Below are positions 6,500-19,885 of a stretch of 64,000 bases of DNA, in pieces. Position numbers and translations under genes: made by a program. The notes beneath the pieces were generated by a model, which was given only the letters and a program-made list of their open reading frames with translations, was not told where the DNA came from and ran no database searches. This DNA comes from Yuukianura sp. NJ FZ-2021. Its lineage: Eukaryota. Numbering within the stretch: position 1 is the first letter of the stretch; every line of letters starts with the position of its first letter. The DNA lies in the NCBI GenBank assembly GCA_046563655.1, contig CM102287.1:186001-250000 (forward strand), in the 5' to 3' direction.

Positions 6500-9400
6500 A
6501 AGTTTGGCAAATTTCAAAACTTCGTTTCTGAGAAACCGCTCACATGTAGCAAACAATGGTTTTTTTTGGAAATCAACAGGTTTGCCTGGTTACAAATTAG
6601 AGCATTAGTAGAATAACTTGTTGTCTATAAAGGCTTATAATCTGGACACAATGGTTTGCCCGGTTACAAATTAGAGCATTAGTAGAATAACTTGTTGTCT
6701 ATAAAGGCTTATAATCTGGACACAATGCTAATTACCTCTGTACAAGCTCATTTTTTAAAGCAGCAGTTTGTCAAATTTCAAAACTTCGTTTCTGAGAAAC
6801 CGCTCACATGTAGCAAACAATGTTTTTTTTTGGAAATCAACAGGTTTGCCCGGTTACAAATTAGAGCATTAGTAGAATAACTTGTTGTCTATAAAGGCTT
6901 ATAATCTGGACACAATGCTAATTACCTCTGTACAAGCTCATTTTTTAAAGCAGCAGTTTGGCAAATTTCAAAACTTCGTTTCTGAGAAACCGCTCACATG
7001 TAGCAAACAATGGTTTTTTTTTGGAAATCAACAGGTTTGCCCGGTTACAAATTAGAGCATTAGTAGAATAACTTGTTGTCTATAAAGGCTTATAATCTGG
7101 ACACAATGCTAATTACCTCTGTACAAGCTCATTTTTTAAAGCAGCAGTTTGGCAAATTTCAAAACTTCGTTTCTGAGAAACCGCTCACATGTAGCAAACA
7201 ATGGTTTTTTTGGGGAATCGACAGGTTTGCTCGGTTACAAATTAGAGCATTAGTAGAATAACTTGTTGTCTATAAAGGCTTATAATCTGGACACAATGCT
7301 AATTACCTCTGTACACGCTCATTTTTTAAAGCAGCAGTTTGGTAAATTTTCAAAACTTCGTTTCTGAGAAACCGCTCACATGTATGCAAACAGTGGGGTT
7401 TTTTGGAAATCAACAGGTTAGCATGGTTACAAATTAGAGCATTAGTAGAATAACTTGTTGTCTATAAAGGCTTATAATCTGGACACAATGCTAATTACCT
7501 CTGTACAAGCTCATTTTTTAAAGCAGCAGTTTGGCAAATTTCAAAACTTCGTTTCTGAGAAACCGCTCACATGTAGCAAACAATGGTTTTTTTTGGAAAT
7601 CAACAGGTTTGCCCGGTTACAAATTAGAGCATTAGTAGAATAACTTGTTGTCTATAAAGGCTTATAATCTGGACACAATGCTAATTACCTCTGTACAAGC
7701 TCATTTTTTAAAGCAGCAGTTTGGCAAATTTCAAAACTTCGTTTCTGAGAAACCGCTCACATGTAGCAAACAATGGTTTTTTTTGGAAATCAACAGGTTT
7801 GCCCGGTTACAAATTAGAGCATTAGTAGAATAACTTGTTGTCTATAAAGGCTTATAATCTGGACACAATGCTAATTACCTCTGTACAAGCTCATTTTTTA
7901 AAGCAGCAGTTTGGCAAATTTCAAAACTTCGTTTCTGAGAAACCGCTCACATGTAGCAAACAATGGTTTTTTTTGGGAATCAACAGGTTTGCTCGGTTAC
8001 AAATTAGAGCATTAGTAGAATAACTTGTTGTCTATAAAGGCTTATAATCTGGACACAATGCTAATTACCTCTGTACACGCTCATTTTTTAAAGCAGCAGT
8101 TTGGTAAATTTCAAAACTTCGTTTCTGAGAAACCGCTCACATGTATGCAAACAATGGGGTTTTTTGGAAATCAACAGGTTTGCCCGGTTACAAATTAGAG
8201 CATTAGTAGAATAACTTGTTGTCTATAAAGGCTTATAATCTGGACACAATGCTAATTACCTCTGTACACGCTCATTTTTTAAAGCAGCAGTTTGGTAAAT
8301 TTCAAAACTTCGTTTCTGAGAAACCGCTCACATGTATGCAAACAATGGGGTTTTTTGGAAATCAACAGGTTAGCATGGTTACAAATTAGAGCATTAGTAG
8401 AATAACTTGTTGTCTATAAAGGCTTATAATCTGGACACAATGCTAATTACCTCTGTACAAGCTCATTTTTTAAAGCAGCAGTTTGGTAAATTTCAAAACT
8501 TCGTTTCTGAGAAACCGCTCACATGTAGCAAACAATGGTTTTTTGGAAATCAACAGGTTTGCCCGGTTACAAATTAGAGCATTAGTAGAATAACTTGTTG
8601 TCTATAAAGGCTTATAATCTGGACACAATGCTAATTACCTCTGTACAAGCTCATTTTTTAAAGCAGCAGTTTGTCAAATTTCAAAACTTCGTTTCTGAGA
8701 AACCGCTCACATGTAGCAAACAATGTTTTTTTTTTGGAAATCAACAGGTTTGCTCGGTTACAAATTAGAGCATTAGTAGAATAACTTGTTGTCTATAAAG
8801 GCTTATAATCTGGACACAATGCTAATTACCTCTGTACACGCTCATTTTTTAAAGCAGCAGTTTGGTAAATTTCAAAACTTCGTTTCTGAGAAACCGCTCA
8901 CATGTATGCAAACAATGGGGTTTTTTTGGAAATCAACAGGTTAGCATGGTTACAAATTAGAGCATTAGTAGAATAACTTGTTGTCTATAAAGGCTTATAA
9001 TCTGGACACAATGCTAATTACCTCTGTACAAGCTCATTTTTTAAAGCAGCAGTTTGGTAATTTTCAAAACTTCGTTTCTGAGAAACCGCTCACATGTATG
9101 CAAACAATGGGGTTTTTTGGAAATCAACAGGTTTGCCCGGTTACAAATTAGAGCATTAGTAGAATAACTTGTTGTCTATAAAGGCTTATAATCTGGACAC
9201 AATGCTAATTACCTCTGTACAAGCTCATTTTTTAAAGCAGCAGTTTGGCAAATTTCAAAACTTCGTTTCTGAGAAACCGCTCACATGTAGCAAACAATGG
9301 TTTTTTTTTGGGAATCAACAGGTTTGCTCGGTTACAAATTAGAGCATTAGTAGAATAACTTGTTGTCTATAAAGGCTTATAATCTGGACACAATGCTAAT

Positions 9401-12400
9401 TACCTCTGTACACGCTCATTTTTTAAAGCAGCAGTTTGGTAAATTTCAAAACTTCGTTTCTGAGAAACCGCTCACATGTATGCAAACAATGGGGTTTTTT
9501 GGAAATCAACAGGGTTGCATGGTTACAAATTAGAGCAGTAGTAGAATAACTTGTTGTCTATAAAGGCTTATAATCTGGACACAATGCTAATTACCTCTGT
9601 ACACGCTCATTTTTTAAAGCAGCAGTTTGGTAAATTTCAAAACTTCGTTTCTGAGAAACCGCTCACATGTATGCAAACAATGGTTTTTTTGGGGAATCAA
9701 CAGGTTTGCATGGTTACAAATTAGAGCATTAGTAGAATAACTTGTTGTCTATAAAGGCTTATAATCTGGACACAATGCTAATTACCTCTGTACAAGCTCA
9801 TTTTTTAAAGCAGCAGTTTGGCAAATTTCAAAACTTCGTTTCTGAGAAACCGCTCACATGTAGCAAACAATGGTTTTTTGGAAATCAACAGGTTTGCCCG
9901 GTTACAAATTAGAGCATTAGTAGAATAACTTGTTGTCTATAAAGGCTTATAATCTGGACACAATGCTAATTACCTCTGTACAAGCTCATTTTTTAAAGCA
10001 GCAGTTTGTCAAATTTCAAAACTTCGTTTCTGAGAAACCGCTCACATGTAGCAAACAATGGTTTTTTTTTTTGGAAATCAACAGGTTTGCCCGGTTACAA
10101 ATTAGAGCATTAGTAGAATAACTTGTTGTCTATAAAGGCTTATAATCTGGACACAATGCTAATTACCTCTGTACTAGCTCATTTTTTAAAGCAGCAGTTT
10201 GGTCAAATTTCAAAACTTCGTTTCTGAGAAACCGCTCACATGTAGCAAACAATGGCTTTTTTTGGAATCAACAGGTTTGCTCGGTTACAAATTAGAGCAT
10301 TAGTAGAATAACTTGTTGTCTATAAAGGCTTATAATCTGGACACAATGCTAATTACCTCTGTACACGCTCATTTTTTAAAGCAGCAGTTTGGTAAATTTC
10401 AAAACTTCGTTTCTGAGAAACCGCTCACATGTATGCAAACAATGGGGTTTTTTGGAAATCAACAGGTTAGCATGGTTACAAATTAGAGCATTAGTAGAAT
10501 AACTTGTTGTCTATAAAGGCTTATAATCTGGACACAATGCTAATTACCTCTGTACACGCTCATTTTTTAAAGCAGCAGTTTGGTAAATTTCAAAACTTCG
10601 TTTCTGAGAAACCGCTCACATGTATGCAAACAATGGGGTTTTTTGGAAATCAACAGGTTTGCCCGGTTACAAATTAGAGCATTAGTAGAATAACTTGTTG
10701 TCTATAAAGGCTTATAATCTGGACACAATGCTAATTACCTCTGTACAAGCTCATTTTTTAAAGCAGCAGTTTGGCAAATTTCAAAACTTCGTTTCTGAGA
10801 AACCGCTCACATGTAGCAAACAATGGTTTTTTTTGGAAATCAACAGGTTTGCCCGGTTACAAATTAGAGCATTAGTAGAATAACTTGTTGTCTATAAAGG
10901 CTTATAATCTGGACACAATGCTAATTACCTCTGTACACGCTCATTTTTTAAAGCAGCAGTTTGGTAAATTTCAAAACTTCGTTTCTGAGAAACCGCTCAC
11001 ATGTATGCAAACAATGGGGTTTTTTGGAAATCAACAGGTTTGCCCGGTTACAAATTAGAGCATTAGTAGAATAACTTGTTGTCTATAAAGGCTTATAATC
11101 TGGACACAATGCTAATTACCTCTGTACACGCTCATTTTTTAAAGCAGCGGTTTGGTAAATTTCAAAACTTCGTTTCTGAGAAACCGCTCACATGTATGCA
11201 AACAATGGGGTTTTTTGGAAATCAACAGGTTAGCATGGTTACAAATTAGAGCAGTAGTAGAATAACTTGTTGTCTATAAAGGCTTATAATCTGGACACAA
11301 TGCTAATTACCTCTGTACACGCTCATTTTTTAAAGCAGCAGTTTGGTAAATTTCAAAACTTCGTTTCTGAGAAACCGCTCACATGTATGCAAACAATGGG
11401 GTTTTTTGGAAATCAACAGGGTTGCCCGGTTACAAATTAGAGCAGTAGTAGAATAACTTGTTGTCTATAAAGGCTTATAATCTGGACACAATGATAATTA
11501 CCTCTGTACAAGCTCATTTTTTAAAGCTGCAGTTTGGCAAAGGCTACCGTAGTTCGCTTATGGAACAAACGGGACCCGTACGATTCGGCTGAAAATTTAA
11601 CCAGGTGCTCTCCACACCAATAGGAACAACTTTTGTACAGGGTCCAGATGGGGCGTCAAACGGTTTGACCTCCAGGGGTCACCAAAGGTCAAGGGGTCAT
11701 CCTATGACAACCCCCATTAAGTAAGGTATCGTTGGAAAGCCCTATAACCTCCTGATTCAGAAAATGCTATGGGTATTAATACTTTGGTCCAGCTCATTTT
11801 GTAAGAGGTCACCGAAGGTCAACTATGAAAAAAGTTGCAAAGTACCAACAAATGAAAATCGTTCCATGACAACCGGCAAATTGACCTATACAAAAGTTGT
11901 TCCACTCGAAGAGATAAGCAACTTTTTTCCCTGGGATTTTTCTCTACCGTGAACAGCTGATAAGATACCGGCCAAGGCAAGAACTACTAAAAGTAGATTT
12001 CAGCTAGGACATTCGCAACAGTAAAAGGAAATTGGACAACAACGATGGTTGTACAGCTCTATATTCCCCCAGTACATGGAAAGGGTTCAAGAAATTAACT
12101 TCTTAAAACAATATGCTGACGTTTAAATCAAAACTGTAGGAAAGAATCAGATTCCGTTTCACCGTGGCGAATGTCCTACCTGAAATCTACTTTTAGCAGT
12201 TCTTGCCTTGGCCGGTATCTTATCAGCTGTTCACGGTAGAGAAAAATCCCAGGGGAAAAAGTTGCTTATCTCGTCGAGTGGAACAACTTTTGTATAGGTC
12301 AGTTTGCCGGTTGTCATGGAACGATTTTCATTTGTTGGTACTTTGCAACTTTTTTCATAGTTGACCTTCGGTGACCTCTTACGGCTAAACGGCTGGACCA

Positions 12401-15400
12401 AAGTATTAATACCCATACATTTTCTGAATCAGGAGGTGAAGGGCTTTCCAACGATACCTTACTTAATGGGGGTTGTCATAGGATGACCCCTTGACCTTTG
12501 GTGACCCCTGGAGGTCAAACCGTTTGACGCCCCATCTGGACCCTGTACAAAAGTTGTTCCTATTGGTGTGGAGAGCACCTGGTTAAATTTTCAGCCGAAT
12601 CGTACGGGTCCCGTTTGTTCCATAAGCGAACTACGGTAGCCTTTCAAAACTTCGTTTCTGAGAAACCGCTCACATGTATGCAAACAATGGGGTTTTTTGG
12701 AAATCAACAGGTTAGCATGGTTACAAATTAGAGCAGTAGTAGAATAACTTGTTGTCTATAAAGGCTTATAATCTGGACACAATGCTAATTACCTCTGTAC
12801 ACGCTCATTTTTTAAAGCAGCAGTTTGTCAAATTTAAAACTTCGTTTCTGAGAAACCGCTCACATGTAGCAAACAATAGGTTTTTTTTTGAACTCAACAG
12901 GTTTGCCCGGTTACAAATTAGAGCATTAGTAGAATAACTTGTTGTCTATAAAGGCTTATAATCTGGACACAATGCTAATTACCTCTGTACAAGCTCATTT
13001 TTTAAAGCAGCAGTTTGGCAAATTTCAAAACTTCGTTTCTGAGAAACCGCTCACATGTAGCAAACAATGGTTTTTTTTGGGAATCAACAGGTTTGCTCGG
13101 TTACAAATTAGAGCATTAGTAGAATAACTTGTTGTCTATAAAGGCTTATAATCTGGACACAATGCTAATTACCTCTGTACACGCTCATTTTTTAAAGCAG
13201 CAGTTTGGTAAATTTCAAAACTTCGTTTCTGAGAAACCGCTCACATGTATGCAAACAATGGGGTTTTTTGGAAATCAACAGGTTAGCATGGTTACAAATT
13301 AGAGCAGTAGTAGAATAACTTGTTGTCTATAAAGGCTTATAATCTGGACACAATGCTAATTACCTCTGTACAAGCTCATTTTTTAAAGCAGCAGTTTGGT
13401 AAATTTCAAAACTTCGTTTCTGAGAAACCGCTCACATGTATGCAAACAATGGTTTTTGGAAATCAACAGGTTTGCCGGTTACAAATTAGAGCAGTAGTAG
13501 AATAACTTGTTGTCTATAAAGGCTTATAATCTGGACACAATGCTAATTACCTCTGTACAAGCTCATTTTTTAAAGCAGCAGTTTGTCAAATTTCAAAACT
13601 TCGTTTCTGAGAAACCGCTCACATGTAGCAAACAATGTTTTTTTTTGGAAATCAACAGGTTTGCCCGGTTACAAATTAGAGCATTAGTAGAATAACTTGT
13701 TGTCTATAAAGGCTTATAATCTGGACACAATGCTAATTACCTCTGTACACGCTCATTTTTTAAAGCAGCAGTTTGGTAAATTTCAAAACTTCGTTTCTGA
13801 GAAACCGCTCACATGTATGCAAACAATGGGGTTTTTTGGAAATCAACAGGTTTGCCCGGTTACAAATTAGAGCATTAGTAGAATAACTTGTTGTCTATAA
13901 AGGCTTATAATCTGGACACAATGCTAATTACCTCTGTACACGCTCATTTTTTAAAGCAGCAGTTTGGTAAATTTCAAAACTTCGTTTCTGAGAAACCGCT
14001 CACATGTATGCAAACAATGGGGTTTTTTGGAAATCAACAGGTTTGCCCGGTTACAAATTAGAGCATTAGTAGAATAACTTGTTGTCTATAAAGGCTTATA
14101 ATCTGGACACAATGCTAATTACCTCTGTACAAGCTCATTTTTTAAAGCAGCAGTTTGGTAATTTTCAAAACTTCGTTTCTGAGAAACCGCTCACATGTAG
14201 CAAACAATGGTTTTTTTTTTTGGAAATCAACAGGTTAGCATGGTTACAAATTAGAGCAGTAGTAGAATAACTTGTTGTCTATAAAGGCTTATAATCTGGA
14301 CACAATGCTAATTACCTCTGTACACGCTCATTTTTTAAAGCAGCAGTTTGGTAAATTTCAAAACTTCGTTTCTGAGAAACCGCTCACATGTATGCAAACA
14401 ATGGGGTTTTTTGGAAATCAACAGGGTTACCCGGTTACAAATTAGAGCAGTTAGTAGAATAACTTGTTGTCTATAAAGGCTTATAATCTGGACACAATGC
14501 TAATTACCTCTGTACACGCTCATTTTTTAAAGCAGCAGTTTGGCAAATTTTCAAAACTTCGTTTCTGAGAAACCGCTCACATGTAGCAAACAATGGTTTT
14601 GGAAATCAACAGGTTTGCCCGGTTACAAATTAGAGCATTAGTAGAATAACTTGTTGTCTATAAAGGCTTATAATCTGGACACAATGCTAATTACCTCTGT
14701 ACACGCTCATTTTTTAAAGCAGCAGTTTGGTAAATTTTCAAAACTTCGTTTCTGAGAAACCGCTCACATGTATGCAAACAATGGGGTTTTTGGAAATCAA
14801 CAGGTTTGCCCGGTTACAAATTAGAGCATTAGTAGAATAACTTGTTGTCTATAAAGGCTTATAATCTGGACACAATGCTAATTACCTCTGTACACGCTCA
14901 TTTTTTAAAGCAGCAGTTTGGTAAATTTCAAAACTTCGTTTCTGAGAAACCGCTCACATGTATGCAAACAATGGGTTTTTTGGAAATCAACAGGTTTGAC
15001 TGGTTACAAATTAGAGCATTAGTAGAATAACTTGTTGTCTATAAAGGCTTATAATCTGGACACAATGCTAATTACCTCTGTACAAGCTCATTTTTTAAAG
15101 CAGCAGTTTGGTAAATTTCAAAACTTCGTTTCTGAGAAACCGCTCACATGTATGCAAACAATGGTTTTTTTTTGGAAATCAACATGTTTGCCCGGTTACA
15201 AATTAGAGCATTAGTAGAATAACTTGTTGTCTATAAAGGCTTATAATCTGGACACAATGCTAATTACCTCTGTACAAGCTCATTTTTTAAAGCAGCAGTT
15301 TGGTAATTTTCAAAACTTCGTTTCTGAGAAACCGCTCACATGTATGCAAACAATGGGGTTTTTTGGAAATCAACAGGTTAGCATGGTTACAAATTAGAGC

Positions 15401-18400
15401 ATTAGTAGAATAACTTGTTGTCTATAAAGGCTTATAATCTGGACACAATGCTAATTACCTCTGTACAAGCTCATTTTTTAAAGCAGCAGTTTGGTAAATT
15501 TCAAAACTTCGTTTCTGAGAAACCGCTCACATGTATGCAAACAATGGGTTTTTTTTTGGAAATCAACAGGTTAGCATGGTTACAAATTAGAGCAGTAGTA
15601 GAATAACTTGTTGTCTATAAAGGCTTATAATCTGGACACAATGCTAATTACCTCTGTACACGCTCATTTTTTAAATCAGCAGTTTGGTAATTTCAAAACT
15701 TCGTTTCTGAGAAACCGCTCACATGTATGCAAACAATGGGGTTTTTTGGAAATCAACAGGTTAGCATGGTTACAAATTAGAGCAGTAGTAGACTAACTTG
15801 TTGTCTATAAAGGCTTATAATCTGGACACAATGCTAATTACCTCTGTACAAGCTCATTTTTTAAAGCAGCAGTTTGGTAATTTTCAAAACTTCGTTTCTG
15901 AGAAACCGCTCACATGTATGCAAACAATGGGGTTTTTTTGGAAATCAACAGGGTTACCCGGTTACAAATTAGAGCAGTATTAGAATAACTTGTTGTCTAT
16001 AAAGGCTTATAATCTGGACACAATGCTAATTACCTCTGTACAAGCTCATTTTTTAAAGCTGCAGTTTGGCAAATTTAAAACTTCGTTTCTGAGAAACCGC
16101 TCACTTGTAGCAAACAATGGTTTTTTTTTGGAAATCAACAGGTTTGCCCGGTTACAAATTAGAGCATTAGTAGAATAACTTGTTGTCTATAAAGGCTTAT
16201 AATCTGGACACAATGCTAATTACCTCTGTACACGCTCATTTTTTGAGGCACCAGTTTTATAAATTTCAAAACTTTGTTTCTGAGAAACCGCTCACATGTT
16301 GACAAACAATAGGTTTTTTTTTTAAATCAACAGGTTTGCCCGGTTACAAATTAGAGCATTAGTAGAATAACTTGTTGTCTATAAAGGCTTATAATCTGGA
16401 CACAATGCTAATTACCTCTGTACAAGCTCATTTTTTAAAGCAGCAGTTTGGCAAATTTCAAAACTTCGTTTCTGAGAAACCGCTCACATGTAGCAAACAA
16501 TGGTTTTTTTGGGAATCAACAGGTTTGCTCGGTTACAAATTAGAGCATTAGTAGAATAACTTGTTGTCTATAAAGGCTTATAATCTGGACACAATGCTAA
16601 TTACCTCTGTACAAGCTCATGTTTTAAAGCAGCAGTTTGGTAATTTTCAAAACTTCGTTTCTGAGAAACCGCTCACATGTATGCAAACAATGGGGTTTTT
16701 TGGAAATCAACAGGTTTACTGGTTACAAATTAGAGCATTAGTAGAATAACTTGTTGTCTATAAAGGCTTATAATCTGGACACAATGCTAATTACCTCTGT
16801 ACACGCTCATTTTTTAAAGCAGCAGTTTGGTAAATTTTCAAAACTTCGTTTCTGAGAAACCGCTCACATGTATGCAAACAGTGGGGTTTTTTGGAAATCA
16901 ACAGGTTAGCATGGTTACAAATTAGAGCATTAGTAGAATAACTTGTTGTCTATAAAGGCTTATAATCTGGACACAATGCTAATTACCTCTGTACAAGCTC
17001 ATTTTTTAAAGCAGCAGTTTGGTAAATTTCAAAACTTCGTTTCTGAGAAACCGCTCACATGTATGCAAACAATGGGGTTTTTTGGAAATCAACAGGTTAG
17101 CATGGTTACAAATTAGAGCAGTAGTAGAATAACTTGTTGTCTATAAAGGCTTATAATCTGGACACAATGCTAATTACCTCTGTACACGCTCATTTTTTAA
17201 AGCAGCAGTTTGCTAAATTTCAAAACTTCGTTTCTGAGAAACCGCTCACATGTAGCAAACAATGGTTTTTTTTTTTTGGAAATCAACAGGTTTGCCCGGT
17301 TACAAATTAGAGCATTAGTAGAATAACTTGTTGTCTATAAAGGCTTATAATCTGGACACAATGCTAATTACCTCTGTACACGCTCATTTTTTAAAGCAGC
17401 AGTTTGGTAAATTTCAAAACTTCGTTTCTGAGAAACCGCTCACATGTATGCAAACAATGGGGTTTTTTGGAAATCAACAGGTTAGCATGGTTACAAATTA
17501 GAGCATTAGTAGAATAACTTGTTGTCTATAAAGGCTTATAATCTGGACACAATGCTAATTACCTCTGTACACGCTCATTTTTTAAAGCAGCAGTTTGGCA
17601 AATTTCAAAACTTCGTTTCTGAGAAACCGCTCACATGTATGCAAACAATGGTTTTTTTGGAAATCAACAGGTTTGCCCGGTTACAAATTAGAGCATTAGT
17701 AGAATAACTTGTTGTCTATAAAGGCTTATAATCTGGACACAATGCTAATTACCTCTGTACACGCTCATTTTTTAAAGCAGCAGTTTGGTAAATTTCAAAA
17801 CTTCGTTTCTGAGAAACCGCTCACATGTAGCAAACAATGGTTTTTTTTTTGGAAATCAACAGGTTTGCCCGGTTACAAATTAGAGCATTAGTAGAATAAC
17901 TTGTTGTCTATAAAGGCTTATAATCTGGACACAATGCTAATTACCTCTGTACACGCTCATTTTTTAAAGCAGCAGTTTGAAAAATCTTAAAACTTGGTTT
18001 CTGAGAAACCGCTCACGTTTTTTGGAAATCAACAGGTTTGCCCGGTTACAAATTAGAGCATTAGTAGAATAACTTGTTGTCTATAAAGGCTTATAATCTG
18101 GACACAATGCTAATTACCTCTGTACAAGCTCATTTTTTAAAGCAGCAGTTTGGCAAATTTCAAAACTTCGTTTCTGAGAAACCGCTCACATGTAGCAAAC
18201 AATGGTTTTTTTTTTAGAAATCAACAGGTTTGCTCGGTTACAAATTAGAGCATTAGTAGAATAACTTGTTGTCTATAAAGGCTTATAATCTGGACACAAT
18301 GCTAATTACCTCTGTACACGCTCATTTTTTAAAGCAGCAGTTTGGTAAATTTCAAAACTTCGTTTCTGAGAAACCGCTCACATGTATGCAAACAATGGGT

Positions 18401-19785
18401 TTTTTTTGGAAATCAACAGGTCAGCATGGTTACAAATTAGAGCAGTATTAGAATAACTTGTTGTCTATAAAGGCTTATAATCTGGACACAATGCTAATTA
18501 CCTCTGTACACGCTCATTTTTTAAAGCAGCAGTTTGGTAAATTTTCAAAACTTCGTTTCTGAGAAACCGCTCACATGTATGCAAACAATGGGGTTTTTTG
18601 GAAATCAACAGGTTAGCCCGGTTACAAATTAGAGCAGTAGTAGAATAACTTGTTGTCTATAAAGGCTTATAATCTGGACACAATGCTAATTACCTCTGTA
18701 CAAGCTCATTTTTTAAAGCAGCAGTTTGGCAAATTTCAAAACTTCGTTTCTGAGAAACCGCTCACATGTAGCAAACAATGGTTTTTTGAAATCAACAGGT
18801 TAGCATCGGTTACAAATTAGAGCATTAGTAGAATAACTTGTTGTCTATAAAGGCTTATAATCTGGACACAATGCTAATTACCTCTGTACACGCTCATTTT
18901 TTAAAGCAGCAGTTTGGTAAATTTTCAAAACTTCGTTTCTGAGAAACCGCTCACATGTATGCAAACAATGGGTTTTTTTTTGGAAATCAACAGGTTAGCA
19001 TGGTTACAAATTAGAGCAGTAGTAGAATAACTTGTTGTCTATAAAGGCTTATAATCTGGACACAATGCTAATTACCTCTGTACAAGCTCATTTTTTAAAG
19101 CAGCAGTTTGGCAAATTTCAAAACTTCGTTTCTGAGAAACCGCTCACATGTAGCAAACAATGGGGTTTTTTGGAAATCAACAGGTTAGCATGGTTACAAA
19201 TTAGAGCATTAGTAGAATAACTTGTTGTCTATAAAGGCTTATAATCTGGACACAATGCTAATTACCTCTGTACACGCTCATTTTTTAAAGCAGCAGTTTG
19301 GTAAATTTCAAAACTTCGTTTCTGAGAAACCGCTCACATGTATGCAAACAATGGGGTTTTTTTTTGGAAATCAACAGGTTTGCCCGGTTACAAATTAGAG
19401 CATTAGTAGAATAACTTGTTGTCTATAAAGGCTTATAATCTGGACACAATGCTAATTACCTCTGTACAAGCTCATTTTTTAAAGCAGCAGTTTGGCAAAT
19501 TTCAAAACTTCGTTTCTGAGAAACCGCTCACATGTAGCAAACAATGGTTTTTTTTGGGAATCAACAGGTTTGCTCGGTTACAAATTAGAGCATTAGTAGA
19601 ATAACTTGTTGTCTATAAAGGCTTATAATCTTGACACAATGCTAATTACCTCTGTACACGCTCATTTTTTAAAGCAGCAGTTTGGTAATTTTCAAAACTT
19701 CGTTTCTGAGAAACCGCTCACATGTATGCAAACAATGGGGTTTTTTGGAAATCAACAGGTTAGCATGGTTACAAATTAGAGCAGT
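6500..19785 (+). repeat. Satellite A, ~190-bp monomer, roughly 60-65 copies
   Basis: The head-to-tail unit ttgttgtctataaaggcttataatctggacac...gcattagtagaataac recurs every 187-194 bp. Confidence 0.98.
11542..12641. mobile_element. Non-autonomous fold-back DNA transposon (MITE), Spy-like, 1100 bp with ~480-490-bp TIRs
   Basis: GGCTACCGTAG...CTACGGTAGCC termini. Arms ~11542-12030 and ~12153-12641 are near-perfect inverted copies. The flanks ggcaaa|tttcaaaac rebuild the intact satellite site with no duplication. Confidence 0.85.
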
Positions 19786-19885
19786 NNNNNNNNNNNNNNN
19801 NNNNNNNNNNNNNNNNNNNNNNNNNNNNNNNNNNNNNNNNNNNNNNNNNNNNNNNNNNNNNNNNNNNNNNNNNNNNNNNNNNNNN
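19786..19885. other. Assembly gap (100 N, probably an unknown-size scaffold gap)
   Basis: Exactly 100 Ns separate two unrelated satellites. Confidence 0.98.

Noticed and set aside
11764..12416. Two near-identical ORFs on opposite strands in the MITE
   Set aside because: They are a consequence of the inverted arms. They are short and lack transposase motifs.
6692..19604. Many 60-63 aa ORFs 'MLSIKAYNLDTM...'
   Set aside because: These are translations of the satellite A monomer from a TTG start. The frame is randomly broken by homopolymer indels and there is no sign of a gene family.
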